A DNA stretch of 64,000 nucleotides from Eledone cirrhosa (lineage: Eukaryota): assembly GCA_964016885.1 (NCBI GenBank), contig OZ024742.1:245644001-245708000 (forward strand), written 5' to 3'. How positions within the stretch are numbered: the first letter of the stretch is position 1; each line of letters starts with the position of its first letter. Of this stretch, positions 50,994-64,000 are shown piece by piece. A program made the translations under genes and the position numbers. The notes beneath the pieces were generated by a model. That model had not been told where the DNA came from. It worked only from the letters and a program-made list of their open reading frames with translations, and searched no databases.

Positions 50994-52542
50994 GTGAGTT
51001 TTCCCACTTTTTTCTTTGTTTCTATGACATTTATTTATTTAAAAGAAATTACAAACAACAAACAAAAAGCCATTACGGATCTTACTTAGTAAGGTAACTT
51101 GTGGCCTGCATTGCTGTGAATTATTTCAGAACAAAATGATAATAACAATATATCTAAAGTGATCTAGATTGCTGTACCATAACAGTTGTAACCTTCAGCG
51201 GAGATTAAATTATTTTTTCTCCCTCAGATGCTTGCTTTACATTCATGGGAATCGGAAGAGCTTTAGTAGTTCTTTTTTAAGGTCAAGGTTACATGGTAAC
51301 AACACGATGTACACTGTGTACACGATGGGCACATTTTAAATAATTTATCAAGTAGTTTTCCCCTCAAATTTCGGAGACATCGCAGTCGGCATGAATCGCT
51401 CTTTTTGTTTATTTTCTTTATAAACTAATGTTCGTCTTGCACCGTTTTAATAACAATAATAACAGCAATAAACGCCGCCCTTCTACGTCGCCCTTCGATG
51501 TCCTTGTTTCGGTTTTCAAATAATTATTTCTTAGATAGTTACACAATCCCGGAAAGGAAGGAGTAATGAAACTGGGGCGATCATGCCGGTTTTTCGGGAC
51601 AGTAAATAAAATTAAATAGTTTGTAACAAAGGGTAATCGAAACGAGCATGAACGAAAATGTATCACTCTAATTGGAAAGAATAAGATTATGAGATATTTA
51701 TTTCTGCTTTTTTTCAACAACATTAGTTGTATGAACGACGCAAAATGGCTTCAAGTTCGAATCAAAACAACAGCGTGGAATATGCTGGTTGAGAACTTTA
51801 TCTCCCATATTGAGTTAAACATTAAATATGTCGTTGCTGCGCCTCCTTGTTTTTGTAATGTCAGTTTGAAATGCAACGGAATAAAATTGATAAAACTTGA
51901 TGAGTCCCCGCTGATATCCTATATTTATTTTATATTTATTCTGTATTCTCAATTTGTAATAACAAGGTGTGAGTGCACAAATAGTCGAAAGGTTAAGAAT
52001 GATAAAAATAAAGAATCAACCCTAGTACTAGATTGGTACTTTATTTATCGACCGCGAAAGAATGAAAGGCAAAGAGGACCTCAGTAGGATTTGAATACGG
52101 AGCACAATGAACCGTAATAAATACTGAGAATTTTTTTTAATCTCACGACCTAACAGCTCTGCTAATTTATAGACTTAATCACACTCTAACGTGTAACAAA
52201 ATAAAATGTAGCCCTAGATACATTGTCTGAAAAAGAAAAAAAAAAAAGGTCTAAAGTCTGTCTCGACCCCGGTCCGGTGGCTCACCAGACTAGTGCTTAT
52301 ATCGCCTTTTCGTGGCATTAAGCGACTGTGAGTACAAGTCTTCTTCAATGGACAGGACACTAGTCCATCGCAGATTTAAACCCCTAGCTACCACAGATAC
52401 TTATTTTCAGCTGAGTATCCTGGAGCAACGGAAAATGAAATATTTGCTCAAGAACACAGCACGCAACTCAATCCAGGAGTTGAAGCCTTACCAGAAGGCG
52501 AAAAGAAAAAAAAGAGAGTGGATAGTCTCTGATGAAACACCT

Positions 52543-52573
<31 letters not shown>

Positions 52574-53439
52574 TTTTATTTATTCAATTTAAACGTCCGT
52601 ATAGAGCTAGTAATCCATGACAGACTCGGGGAAGTATCGAGTGCTCCTTCCAGTTGGTAATAAAAAAAGAGCTAAAAAAGAAAAGAAAAAAAGAACTAAA
52701 AACTAAAATAAAAATAAAAAAAAAGATAAAGGGGGAAACAAATAAAATAAAAATAAAATTATAAATATAGAAGGCAGATTATGACTAAGAAAACAAAAAA
52801 GAAAAAAAGCTGTAGATAAGAGGAGTATACTGAGGCTAAATAACGACAGCACCATGTTTAGATTTAAAGTTATATATGTAGTCCCTGAAGTTGTTTAATA
52901 ATGGTTTCTAATTTTGGCACAAGGCCAGCATACCCAGTGAATTACTGGTACTTTATTTTATCGACCCCTTAAGGATGAAAAGCAAAGTTAACCTCGACGG
53001 GATTTGAACTCAGAATGGTTTCTAATTTAGGTACATGGCCAACAATTTTGGGGAAGGGGAAAGTCGATTTAATTGAACCCCCTGTGCATTACTGGTACTT
53101 TATTTCATTGACCCCTTAAGGATGAAAGGCAAAGTTAACCTTGGCAGGATTTGAACTTCGGTCTTAAAGGGCCGTAACTCTATGCCATAAAGCATGTCCG
53201 ATACTGCTTATCTACTGCCCTCTTGTTTAATATTACAACCAAATCTGCCACAAGAAATGTGCAGTTTTAACCGCACGTCTCAATGTTTGAGATTTGTTTA
53301 TAACTGTACTTTTTCCAACTATTACCCTTACCTTTTGAAAGGAGTCTTTTAAAAATATTTACATCTAGAATGTTTTGATTGGTTTTGATCCAGTATTTCA
53401 TCATCATCACCATTGTCATAAAAAGCGAAGGAACCTATC

Positions 53440-54937
53440 TTTACGTCTCCACTTGCGTTCAGACTGAATCTCCCTGCTTGATGCTCATCCGTTTCGAGTC
53501 TGGCTTGAAAACATAGCAAAACTCACACACTCATCACAGGATGTCCACACTCTGCCTCTCCAAATGGACCAAAAGTGAGACCTGGCCTGGACTTCCAATG
53601 TGATGTCACTGGCTTTCTCTGCATTTCCGGCAAGACCTCCCCTGCACTTCCGACTCTCTACCCCCCCCCCCCCCCCCCCCATCTCAAGGATCAATCACTC
53701 CATGTCAAAGTCTGTTGTCCACTTGTGTGAGCAATGTTCCCATTGCGATCCCTGCAAAGTCGAGGTGGCGCGTTCATTCTCTTCTCCGATGTCTGTCAAA
53801 TCAATGATTCTGTGGATATCCAAGACATGATACAGCATTCAATTCACAGACACATTGTTTCGGAAATTTACAGCTGTTACTGTTCCCTTTCTTCATTGAG
53901 ATATGCAGTGCACATTTGGGGACTTGACCGAGACTTCCTCGTGGCGTGGCTCTGAACAGTATGCAGCTATGTCGAGAGACTAGTGGATGGGGTTAACTGG
54001 GGAGACAGAGTAGGAGCGATGATGGTGGCCATGATATGGGAGATCATGGAGAGGGTAAAGGTGGAGGACCCAGTAAGAGGAAGCTGGTATGTATCCAAAT
54101 TAGAGAACAGGACTGTCTGGTGTGACGCCAGCAGCATAGCGCTAGGGATCGTTCTTGAAATAGGGGATATTGAGGTCGAGGATGCAGCCTGGCTCAGGAA
54201 AAAGTCTGCAATCACATCAACATGACTGAATTGGATGCCATGCTGAAGGAGTGAATCTTGCCCTGAGATGGGGTGTGTACACCATAGAGATTTGTACTGA
54301 TTCGGCCACTGTACTTGGATGGGTGAGATCAGTGCTTACCAGCGAGAGGAGGGTGCAAACAAAAGGGGAAGATGAGATACTAATAAAGCACCACTCAGGA
54401 ACTCTGGGATAGCTAGCTGCTGTGTTCAGCCTGAAGTTCATTGTGGTCTTTGTGCCCTTGGAAAGAAATAAGGCAGACAGCCTAACCAGGGTGAAGAAAG
54501 CTTGGCTGGGAGTGCCAGAGAATGCAGAAAAGGGGATAGCTGTGATGTGTTGGCTGAGTGACTTGGAGTTGAGGTTAAATACCATGTATCATATGGGAGT
54601 GGATAGGACCGACGTTACCAGACAGAGTATCCAGAAAGTGGTCGGGAGTTGCGACAGATGTCAATCTATCAATTTTGACCCAGGCGTGCATGAGACTGGT
54701 AACATCACAGTCAAGCAAGCACAAGATTAGTGGTGGATGTGACACACTGCCGACAGGAGACGTATCTTTTGATGGTCGATTATGAACTAGTAAAGATGGC
54801 AATTGAAGGGAGATGAAGAACAATTGCGGTGGAAATCGCATCAACGCTGAAGGAGATATTTTTAGAGTGGGGTTCTGTGGATGAACTGATGGATAACGGC
54901 ACGGCATTTTGCTCGGAGGTGCTGAAGGAGATGCTTT
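53440..54937. mobile_element. Second, more decayed Gypsy remnant of the same family, internally inverted
   Basis: 53965-54937(+) encodes WCDASSIALG, EDAAWLRKK, TDSATVLGW and HMGVDR..CDRCQ. 53660-53940 is the integrase C-terminus/PPT on the - strand (C-tract plus ATCTCAAGGATCAAT, as at 14332-14361). Confidence 0.85.
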
Positions 54938-55281
54938 CCCTCAGCTTATGGAATCCACATCCACCAAAATTATGTATTTCAGTCTAGTTTGCTTTAGAAA
55001 AGGAAAGCAACAATCAACTACCATTCATTGAAAGAATGCATTTATCTATTTTTGCATTTAATCAATTTAAACGTCCGTATAGAGCTAGTAAGCCATGGCA
55101 GAGTAGGGGAAGTAATCAAGTACTTCTTACACTTGAGAAACAAAGAACAAGATAGACAGAAATAAGTGAATATAAAAATCAAAATTAATACATAAAATAA
55201 AAAAAAATTAAATGTAATAATTCTGTTCATCCATATTAATTCATACATAGCTAATAAGCTGATTCTTTTTGAATTTCCCAG

Positions 55282-55451
55282 GGCCAAAGTGCTCCAAGAA
55301 GCAATTGATACGATATGTAAAAATGAAGGAAACCTGAATGAGTTTTGTTTAGGATATCAACACTTTGGAGTTCATGTTAAATCTGACAACTCAATTGAAT
55401 GGATGGAATGGGCTCCTGGTGCAAAAGCTGTACATCTGCGTGGAGAATTCA
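55282..55451 (+). CDS. GBE1: 1,4-alpha-glucan branching enzyme, exon 2
   Basis: TTTCCCAG| acceptor, AKVLQEAIDTICKNEGNLNEFCLGYQHFGVH..EWAPGAKAVHLRGEF (CBM48 motif), A|GTAAGT donor (phase 1). Confidence 0.95.
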
Positions 55452-55959
55452 GTAAGTATATTGTTTGGTTAATTTATCATCATCATCATCATTTAATGTC
55501 CGCTTTCTCTGCTAGTAAGGGTTGGACAGGTCAGTACTGAAATGGGGCTCCTGACAGGCCGAGGGGTCTGTATCCTGCTTATATATGGTCATATCACGTG
55601 CAGAGGAGAAGTTGTGCCTTTTGACATAAACTGAAGGGTCCTCCCAACCTCTTGTTTGACAAGCATTCTCTAGTTGGATATCCTTCTTAACACCAATGCC
55701 TTTACATCATGTACTGGGTGCATTTATCATGTAGATCACCAACATTAGATAGGTTGTCATTGACACAACTAAAGGATCCTCCTAACCCCTTGTTTGGCAA
55801 GCTTTCTACAGCTGGATGCCCTTCCTAACACCAACCACTTGACAGCGTGTTCTGGGTACTTTTATTGTGTTGATCACCAACACTATTAATTAAATTATTT
55901 ATTTATTACAATGAGCCTAAGCTTACATTTAAGTGTAAATTGTGTATGGCGGGAGCTAC

Positions 55960-57172
55960 AGGTCGAGAGGATGTTGAACTGGATTTTGGGAATGGTATGA
56001 AGATAGGTAATAACATGTTTTGTTACCTTGATAACATGTTGAATGCAGAGAGTGGATCAGACTCCATGACAGTATCTAAAGTGAGATGGAAGAGGTTCCT
56101 AGGAACTGAGTGGCATGCTAATGAAGAAGGGATGTTGTTGAAACTGAAGGGAAAAGGTGTATATTGCATGTTTGAGAAGTATCAGGATTTGTGGGAACGA
56201 GAGACATGGTGATGAATGTGGACCAGCAGAGAAGGTTGAAAAGAATGAAAATGGGAATGGTCTGTTGGATGAGGGAAGTATCACTGAGATGAAGATAAAC
56301 AATGAAATTAAGAGGAAGATGGGAATAGAGCCAGTGATGAATGTTGTGAAGAGAAATGGGATGGTTGGGTCATATGTTAAGGAAGGATAGAAGTGACTGA
56401 GCGAGAGGAGTGTTGTGAAGGGAATGAGATGGCTGTCATGTGTTGAGGAAGGGTGAAAGTGACTGAATGTGAGGAGTAGAGCTAGTGATGAATGTGAAGA
56501 TAACTGGAATGAGATGGTTGGGTCATGTGTTGAGGAAAGATGAAAGTGACTAGGTGAGAAGAATAGAACCAGTGATAGATGTTGTAAAGAGAAATGGAAT
56601 GAGACCATCAGAGAAGGTTGAAAAGAATGAAAATGGGAATGTTGCAGAAGGATGGAAGTGATTGAGCAAGAGGAGTAATGTTAGTACTATATATATATAG
56701 AAGTTGATGGAAACCGCGGAGTGGGGAGACCCAAGATGACTTGGGATGAGGTGATAAAAGCCGACCTTACCCAACTACACCTCTCAAAGTCAATGACACA
56801 CGACCGTGACTTCTGGCGTCACGCAGTAATACAGGGTACCCGACCTCCCATGGGTACATGCTGAAGCATATAAACAATATGCCCCCCCCCCCCCCCCCCA
56901 CCGCAAGGTGGTCGTGGAGGTGCCACGGCAAAAAAGCACCCAGCCCACACTGTAAAGTGGACGTGTAGGCGCCACGAAAAAGCACCCAGCACTCACTGTA
57001 AATGAGGTTGGTGTTAGGAAGGGCATCCAGCTGTGGAAATCAAGCCAGATCAGTTCCTGTATGAGCAAGGCATGGTCAGCCGACCAGACACTGCCCACAA
57101 CAGGACAACCCGTCTAACCCATGCTAGCGTGGAAGAACGGACGTAAAACGGTGATGATGATGATGATGATGA
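55960..57172 (+). mobile_element. Decayed RTE LINE 3' pieces ending in 3'UTR and (GAT)n tail
   Basis: FCYLDNML..KVRWKRF remnant, GNRGVGRPKMTWDEVIKADL..DRDFWR, and tail CGTCTAACCCATGCTAGCGTGGAAG..ACGTAAAACG..(GAT)n. Confidence 0.75.
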
Positions 57173-57189
57173 TATATATATATACATAG

Positions 57190-58643
57190 CATCATCATCA
57201 TCATCATCATTTTACGTCTGCTTTTCCCTGCTTGCAAGGGTGGGACGGGAACTGATTCTGGCTTGATTTCTACAGCTGGATGCCCTTCCTAACACCAACC
57301 TCATTTACAGTGAGTGCTGGGTGCTTTTTTGCCGTGACACCTCCACGACCACTTTGCAGCGTGGACTTGGAGGTTTTTATCCTTTTTTACCTACACGGCA
57401 ACATTACAGCGTGGACTGTGTGTGTTTTTGTCGTGACACCTACACAACCTTATTTATTTAGGACTGGGTGTTGTGGTACCAACATAACTTTACAGAGAAA
57501 GGGGTGGTGTTGATGGCGGTGGGGGTGGGGTGGAGTAAGGGTAGTGGGATGGGGGTGTATATTTGGTTAAGAGGTGCCTACTAACTGGAGGTTTCGCTTT
57601 GTACATAGGCAAGGCGGGTCTTCTGTATTACTGCGTAGCGCCAAAGATCTCGGTCCAGTGACATTGTCTTGGAGAGGTGTGTGTAAGGTCGGAATTTATC
57701 AAATTGTCCCAGGTTTTTCTGGGTCTACCTACTCTGTAACTTCCATCAATTTTGATCGCCCTGTACTTTTTTATACAACTGTCGTCTTTCATGCGCATCA
57801 CGTGACCATCCCAACGTAGTCTTCTCTCGAGTAAACAGCATCTGATCCCTCTTATTCCTAATTTCTCACTTAGTTCATTTATGCTTTGTTGTTCACGTAT
57901 ATTACTATTACACATCCAACGGAGCATGCATGCTTCGTTCCTCTCCAGTCTGCACAGATCCTCTGCACACAATGCTCATGTCTCACTGCCATGTAACATT
58001 GCTGTTCGTATGCAGGCATCATACAGTCAGCCTTTCATTTTTAGAGAGAAACCTTTAGTGGCCAATAGTGGTATAAGCTCTCTGAACTTTTTCGATCCCG
58101 TTCTGACTCTGGCTACTGTACTTTCAGAGCACCCTCCAACACTGCTGATTTTGTTACCCAGGTAACGGGAGGTGTCCACTATTTCTATAGAACCATCTGG
58201 GCAATAGAAGGAGCTAGTATCCTGTGGGCACTTGCTACTTATTGCACCTGAGCACTGGCCACATATAAAATCTACGTTCTTGGATAGCTTACCTGTGATC
58301 CCACTACATCTTTTATGCACCCATACTTTGCATTTGGGACATAAAATGAAATTTCTGCCTACTTTTTTCCTACACACTGAACATGGCCATTCCCCAGAGG
58401 GGACCTGTTCCCTATTTTCCTTCCTACATACTAGAACTTTAGTCTTAGACAAGTTAACTTTAAGGCCTCTTGATTCTAGGCCATGCTTCCATGTTTGGAA
58501 TTTCTTCTCTAGTTCAGCCATTGATTCAGCGATGAGCATTAGATCATCTGCATATAGAAGTTCCCATGGGCAGCCGGTCTTGAACTCCTCTGTTATAGCC
58601 TGAAGGGCAATAATAAATAGGAGGGGGCTAAGGACAGCCCTGA
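57190..58643 (-). mobile_element. 5'-truncated RTE LINE (RT C-terminal half, 3'UTR, tail)
   Basis: VLSPLLFII, LLYADDL, GLKVNLSKTK, YLG, LHGSET, RRLRWDGHVMR and GRPRKTW. Confidence 0.92.
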
Positions 58644-58704
58644 TGAACACCAACTTTTACGCTAAATTCTTCACTATATTCGTTGTTAATTCTAACCTTG
58701 CTGA

Positions 58705-58774
<70 letters not shown>

Positions 58775-58939
58775 ATACACACTTATTTATGTGTGTGTGT
58801 GTGTTTATGTTTGTGTCTGCATTTAAGGGCCATAATTTAGCGGTTCGTCCAAAAAAAAAGATTAATAAAATAGATATCGGACATGAGAAAAATAAGTATA
58901 CAGGGTTCAATAAATCAAGATTTCTTCATTTCTTCAAAG

Positions 58940-59052
58940 ATGACTGGAATAAATTTTCACACAGATTTGAAAAATTGGAATATGGCCGCTGGAAGTTAGT
59001 TATTCCTCCAACTAATGGCAAATGTGCTATTGAACACAAAAGCAAAATTAAA
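58940..59052 (+). CDS. GBE1: 1,4-alpha-glucan branching enzyme, exon 3 (gene continues beyond the window)
   Basis: TTCAAAG| acceptor, (N)DWNKFSHRFEKLEYGRWKLVIPPTNGKCAIEHKSKIK, |GTAAGT donor (phase 0). Confidence 0.93.
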
Positions 59053-59507
59053 GTAAGTATTAGAATATCTTATTTATCCGTTGATTCAGAAATTATGGGC
59101 AAGATGTGGTTATTTGTCATGAGTCATACTGTCCATGCCAGCATGGAATAAAGATGTAAAATCATTATGATGGTAATGATGATTTAATTTTTGTATTACG
59201 CTTTTAACCTATTGACTGCTGTGTATATTTTATACAGCTACAGTTGCTGTGTTGGTTTTTTTTTTTACTATTTTTTTAAACAAACATTTATTAACAACAC
59301 ATATCTGAATGATTGACAAACATCACATCATCATCATCATCATCATCATCGTTTAACGTCCATGCTCCACGCTTGTATGGGTTTGGACGGGAGTTTTCCC
59401 ACTTGAGGCAAGAGTGGTTGTCTTGCTCGCATAGGACTGTCAATAAACTAATAATCTCATCTAGCTTTGAAGTTATGAACTGTTGGAAATGAATTTATAA
59501 CTTTGAA

Positions 59508-59745
59508 GTACCGGTCACTGTCCGACAGGTTCGCGGTCGTGCCCTTGGCAGTGGAGACTTTTTGGTCTCCTTGGCCCTAGTACCACCTCCCTACTCACCA
59601 CCATAGGTGCTGAGCTGGCCAGCCACAGGTGTGAGCCTCGCAAGTTGGAATGGCTCTTCCAGCGCATCTCCTTTACCATCCTCTGAGGAAACGCCTTCTC
59701 CATTCTGTCCGCCGGGGCTGTAGGGAGGCCAGCACGTGGGACCCC
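59508..59745 (+). mobile_element. CRE-like endonuclease 3' fragment
   Basis: Reverse-complement homolog of 8060-8290 (KYRSLSDRFAVVPLAVET..WLFQRISFTIL.GNAFSIL). Confidence 0.75.
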
Positions 59746-62700
59746 ATTTGCTCACCATATGGAGAGATGGGGAGGGCGAGAGAAATGGAGGCAATGACAG
59801 TGGGAGTTTGATGTAGTTGTGTATTGGATGCTGAGAGGATTATAAATGAACTCATATCTGGTTACATATTTAGTATACAAGACAATAAGAAACTTTGAAG
59901 TTATGACTGTTGGAAAAGAGTTCACACATGTTAGGACGAGCTATCTCGTCCATGGCACTGCAATGCATACATGTTAGGACAAGCTATCTTGTCTACGGCA
60001 TTGAAGAGGTTAAGTTCTTTTCTTTGTGGTGGGGATGGCATATTTTGTGGTTGGAAACTGTGTAGAAGGATGTTGGCTGGACAGTATCTGGTTTTGGTGG
60101 GGGTAATCTTAATCCACCACCTGGCCTGATTTATAATTATTTAAACTTTGTTAATTTATGCACTAAGCAGATGAAATATACTGTAAATACATATCTGTAC
60201 AGAAACAGTTCTACCACATATTATATGAGAATAACATCCATGAGTTACTGTATATACTCGAATATGTGACCCCAAAAAATCGATGGTAAAATGGAGAGTT
60301 AGCTTATATTCGCCATCTAAACATAATGTGTTTATTAGCTACCTCAGCTTACAAATGAGTGTTAGATTTTGGCCCATTTCTCAGACATAAAGTAAGGGGT
60401 GTTGGGTTATATTTGATTATATATGGTATGTATTTCTGTGGATTGTTGCGATTGTAGCTACCTCTGAAGGTAGTTCCAATTAGAACCAAAACTCAGGTCA
60501 AACTGTTAATCCATCTCAATCTATGGAGAAATCAGCCCTAATAATATACTGTGTGTGTTTGTATGTTTATTTATATATACCTCCATTTGTAACTCTTTAA
60601 AATTTACACTCACAAACATACACACATATATACACAAAGCATTTCTACAATAAAAATTTTACATTTCAACCACAAGGTCCTGTATTCTAACTCTAAATTT
60701 ATCCCTGTAAATAGCTATTACTCCAAAGTTACTCTTATATTTAATCCTGTATATTATTTGTACACATATATTGAATATTTATGTAATTATATCCTAGATA
60801 TAAATAATTAAAATATTCATCATTAATCACTTCCAAGTGCCAATACTCAACATAAACTATAGGGTTTCTCTTATGTGAACTATTAATTGATCAAAATGAA
60901 CATTTTTTAGGTTGTATGAATGTTCATGTACCCAGTAGTCCTGGTATATATGGCATGCCAATCCTGGACTTCAGAAATTAAAATGTTTGATGTTATTGCC
61001 ATCAAATAAAGTATCAGCAATCCACTGGGTAATTGCTAGCCTTGTGCCAAACGTAGAAACAATTATTAATCTTCTTGGAGGCTCCAGGGGCATTAAGTCG
61101 CTGATAGAGTAATCTCCCCTTAATACGTAATGCAGTCTCAAGGGAAGCAATTCATAAAAATTTCTAGCATGCTGAATGTTAATGGCACTGGTCCATTAGT
61201 GTATAAGACATGTTTCCATGTACAAATGTGCATGTTTATATATTATGAAGCTTCAATTAAATCTTGCATTGTTTCTGTACAGATACATTTTAAAACTGGC
61301 ACACTGTTCCAGTTGATATGATCCATGGAACAGCCTGCTCATGAAATTAATGTGCAAATTGCTGAGCATTCCATAGACATGCGTACCTTTAACGTAGTTC
61401 TCGGGGAGATTCAGCATGACACAGAACCACAGGTACAATGCATTTTTACCAGCTGAGTGGACTGAAATAAAGTGTCTTGTTCAAGGACACAATGTGCCAC
61501 TGAGAATTGAATTCACACCCTTATGATTGTGAACTGAATGCCCTAACCACTAAGCCATGCACCTTCACATAAGGATATATATTTATAGTACAGATAAATC
61601 CACTGATTAAATGAAAGTGGACTCATTAATTGTATAAATGTAAACATAACTATTTTGAGAACAATACCTTGACATCAGTATGAATGGCTGGTTTGAATGC
61701 TAAAGGGTTAATGTCCATTTCTTCTGCTAGCAAAGTTTGGAAGGCTTGTCACAGACTAAGTCAGTTATCAAGCAGAGTTACTGACCTCTCAGATGTTGCT
61801 GGGAGCTTGCACCGCACTCAAATACATTCCTGTGCTCTATGCAGTTCATTTTATCATGGCACCAGCACTGTAGAGATTGTCATCTCTTTGATACAACTGA
61901 AGAGTCCTCCTGACCCTTTGTTTGGCATATTTTCTACAGCTTGATGCTCCACTTATCACCAACCACTCTACAGAGTATACTGAGTGTGTTTATTGAGTGG
62001 ATAACCTACATTAGGGAGGTTGTGTCTTTATTCTTTTTTGGTACTAGAATGTTTTTCAACATGCTGACATGTATATGTATGTGTGTGTGTGTATGTGCAT
62101 ATGCATACATTTATATGTATGAGTATATGAATATAAATGTGCAAACACAGGCACACTTACAAAAATGCATATTCACAGACATAGATTCACACAAATACCC
62201 ATACATTCACAGACACACACACACATTCACACAAACATACATTTACACAAACACACATACATTTACACTCACACACAGCGTAGCAAATGGAACACCAGCT
62301 GGTGTTTTGCTATATATTTTCACCATCCCATTCCTTTCTTTTACACACACATACATTCACACAAACACACACACACATTGTGTGACTGACGAAGTTGCCT
62401 AAATTTTGTATGTAGATGCTTTCTACAGCATACCAAAAAGGTGTACTTGGTGCATTTTCATGGCGCCAGCACTAGTGAGGTTGTTGGTCATTGATTCAAC
62501 TATAGGACGCTAGCTATCCTACAGTGGCGAGGAAAAGATAACAAACGTGATAGGACTTGTCAAGTTGATGAATAGGAGGGGGACTTCTGATAGCATGGGG
62601 TGGTGTGACTCCGTTGAAAACAGCTGCAAAGGGGTTTTTGTCTGGCATGTCAGGATTTTAGAAGGAGGGGATGTAGTGATGGTGAAAGTAGCTTATAAGG

Positions 62701-63751
62701 TGTGACAGTGACAGTGGGGAAGAGCATGGATGTGGTGGAGGTGTACAGTGATGGCAAGGATTTCTACTAAGGAGAGTTAATGGAGGTGGGAGATATGGGG
62801 ATGGGTAAGGTAAGGTCACATTTTACGCTGGTGGGAAGGTCTTCTCCATTACATATTGTCAATTTTCATGGTCCTTTGACATAGATTTATCTAAGAATCT
62901 TAAAGTTAACTTATGTTCTAAAACCTTCCTTAATAATGAGAAAGTTAGTTATATTAAATTTCTCTAAATTCTTGATTATTTTCCAAATGATTTTAAAATC
63001 ATAGGCAGAGTTTTTCGTGAGAAATATAATAATGAAAGGGTTAATCAGTAATATAATTGTTTCTACTTTTGGCACAAGGCCAGCAATTACCCAGTACATT
63101 ACTGGTACTTTATTTTATCGACGCCGTTAGGATGAAAAGCAAAGTTAACCTTGGCGGGATTTGAACTCAGGTCATAAAGGGCAGTAACTCTTTGCTGCAA
63201 AGAATGGTATCCGACCCTCTACCGATACTGAGCCAATGTGTCTGTCTCGCACTAGAGATGACTGAGGAAAGAAGGGGTGATGACAAACTACAGAAAGCAA
63301 CGTTTAACATTTGCTACACATGTGTGTGTATATGTATAGCGAAATGGCTACAGTCATTGGCTGTTATGATTATGTGAGTGTTTGTATGTGTGTTAGTGTA
63401 AATTATATTTATATGTAATATTTGTGTGTGTTTATTTAGAAAGATTCATAGACAATAAAATTACAAACACACATGCATCTACACATACATATATATAAAC
63501 AGACACACTTAGAAAAAATAATTATTACATACACACACATCTATGTGATGACTGAAGAAGGAGGGGGGGGGGAGAAGCTGTAGAAGTCCAGCATTCTAAG
63601 ATTCGTCACTCTCGTGTGTTTGTATCACTTGTGTGAGTGAGCACGAAGGAACCAACTGACCAACCAATCAACAAACACAAATCTTTTTTATATTATGTAT
63701 AGATATTACAATACGCTGTTATTTTTGACAGCACAAGGCCAACTAGTCAGT

Positions 63752-63897
63752 ATCATCATCATCATCATTTTACGTCCGCTTTTCCCTGCTTGCAAGGGTG
63801 GGACGGGAACTGATTCTGGCTTGATTTCTACAGCTGGATGTCCTTCCTAACACCAACCTCATTTACAGTGAGTGCTGGGTGCTTTTTTGCCGTGGCA
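63752..63897 (-). mobile_element. Short RTE 3' tail copy
   Basis: Nearly identical to 57190-57336. Confidence 0.8.
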
Positions 63898-64000
63898 CTT
63901 TGCACTGGAATGATAGAGACCCCAGTCCCTATCATCTCATTTACAGCTGAGTAAACTGGAGCAATGTGAAATAAAGTGTCTTGCTCAAGGAAACAACACA

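Noticed and set aside
50879-51097. 72-aa ORF at the GBE1 start
   Set aside because: Wrong frame; the real exon starts at ATG 50887 and splices at 50993.

Overview
AT-rich, repeat-dense animal genomic DNA. The SINE/LINE repertoire and (TA)n/(CAT)n microsatellites suggest a coleoid cephalopod such as Octopus (inference). Two spliced + strand host genes can be rebuilt by hand from phase-consistent GT-AG junctions. (1) A complete 7-exon alpha/beta-hydrolase-fold gene, 12353-29000, 382 aa, DUF1057-like, apparently lacking the nucleophile Ser and catalytic His. (2) The first three coding exons of glycogen branching enzyme GBE1 (50887-59052), which continues beyond the window. The remainder is mostly mobile DNA: RTE, CR1/L2 and CRE-like LINE fragments, two Gypsy pol remnants, a decayed mariner, several MITE and tRNA-SINE families, and two minisatellites grown out of an RTE 3'UTR motif. 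The intergenic block at ~37.2-49.4 kb is the most unusual part. It holds a 1.07-kb near-perfect fold-back of an LTR-like unit, a 400-bp inverted pair, and a Penelope-like retroelement with a C-terminal GIY-YIG domain and an unusually long insertion between RT motifs A and B'. It also holds three minimal hammerhead-ribozyme motifs, one inside a non-coding retrozyme-like segment bounded by (TA)n. All family assignments come from motif recognition by eye; no database search was run.
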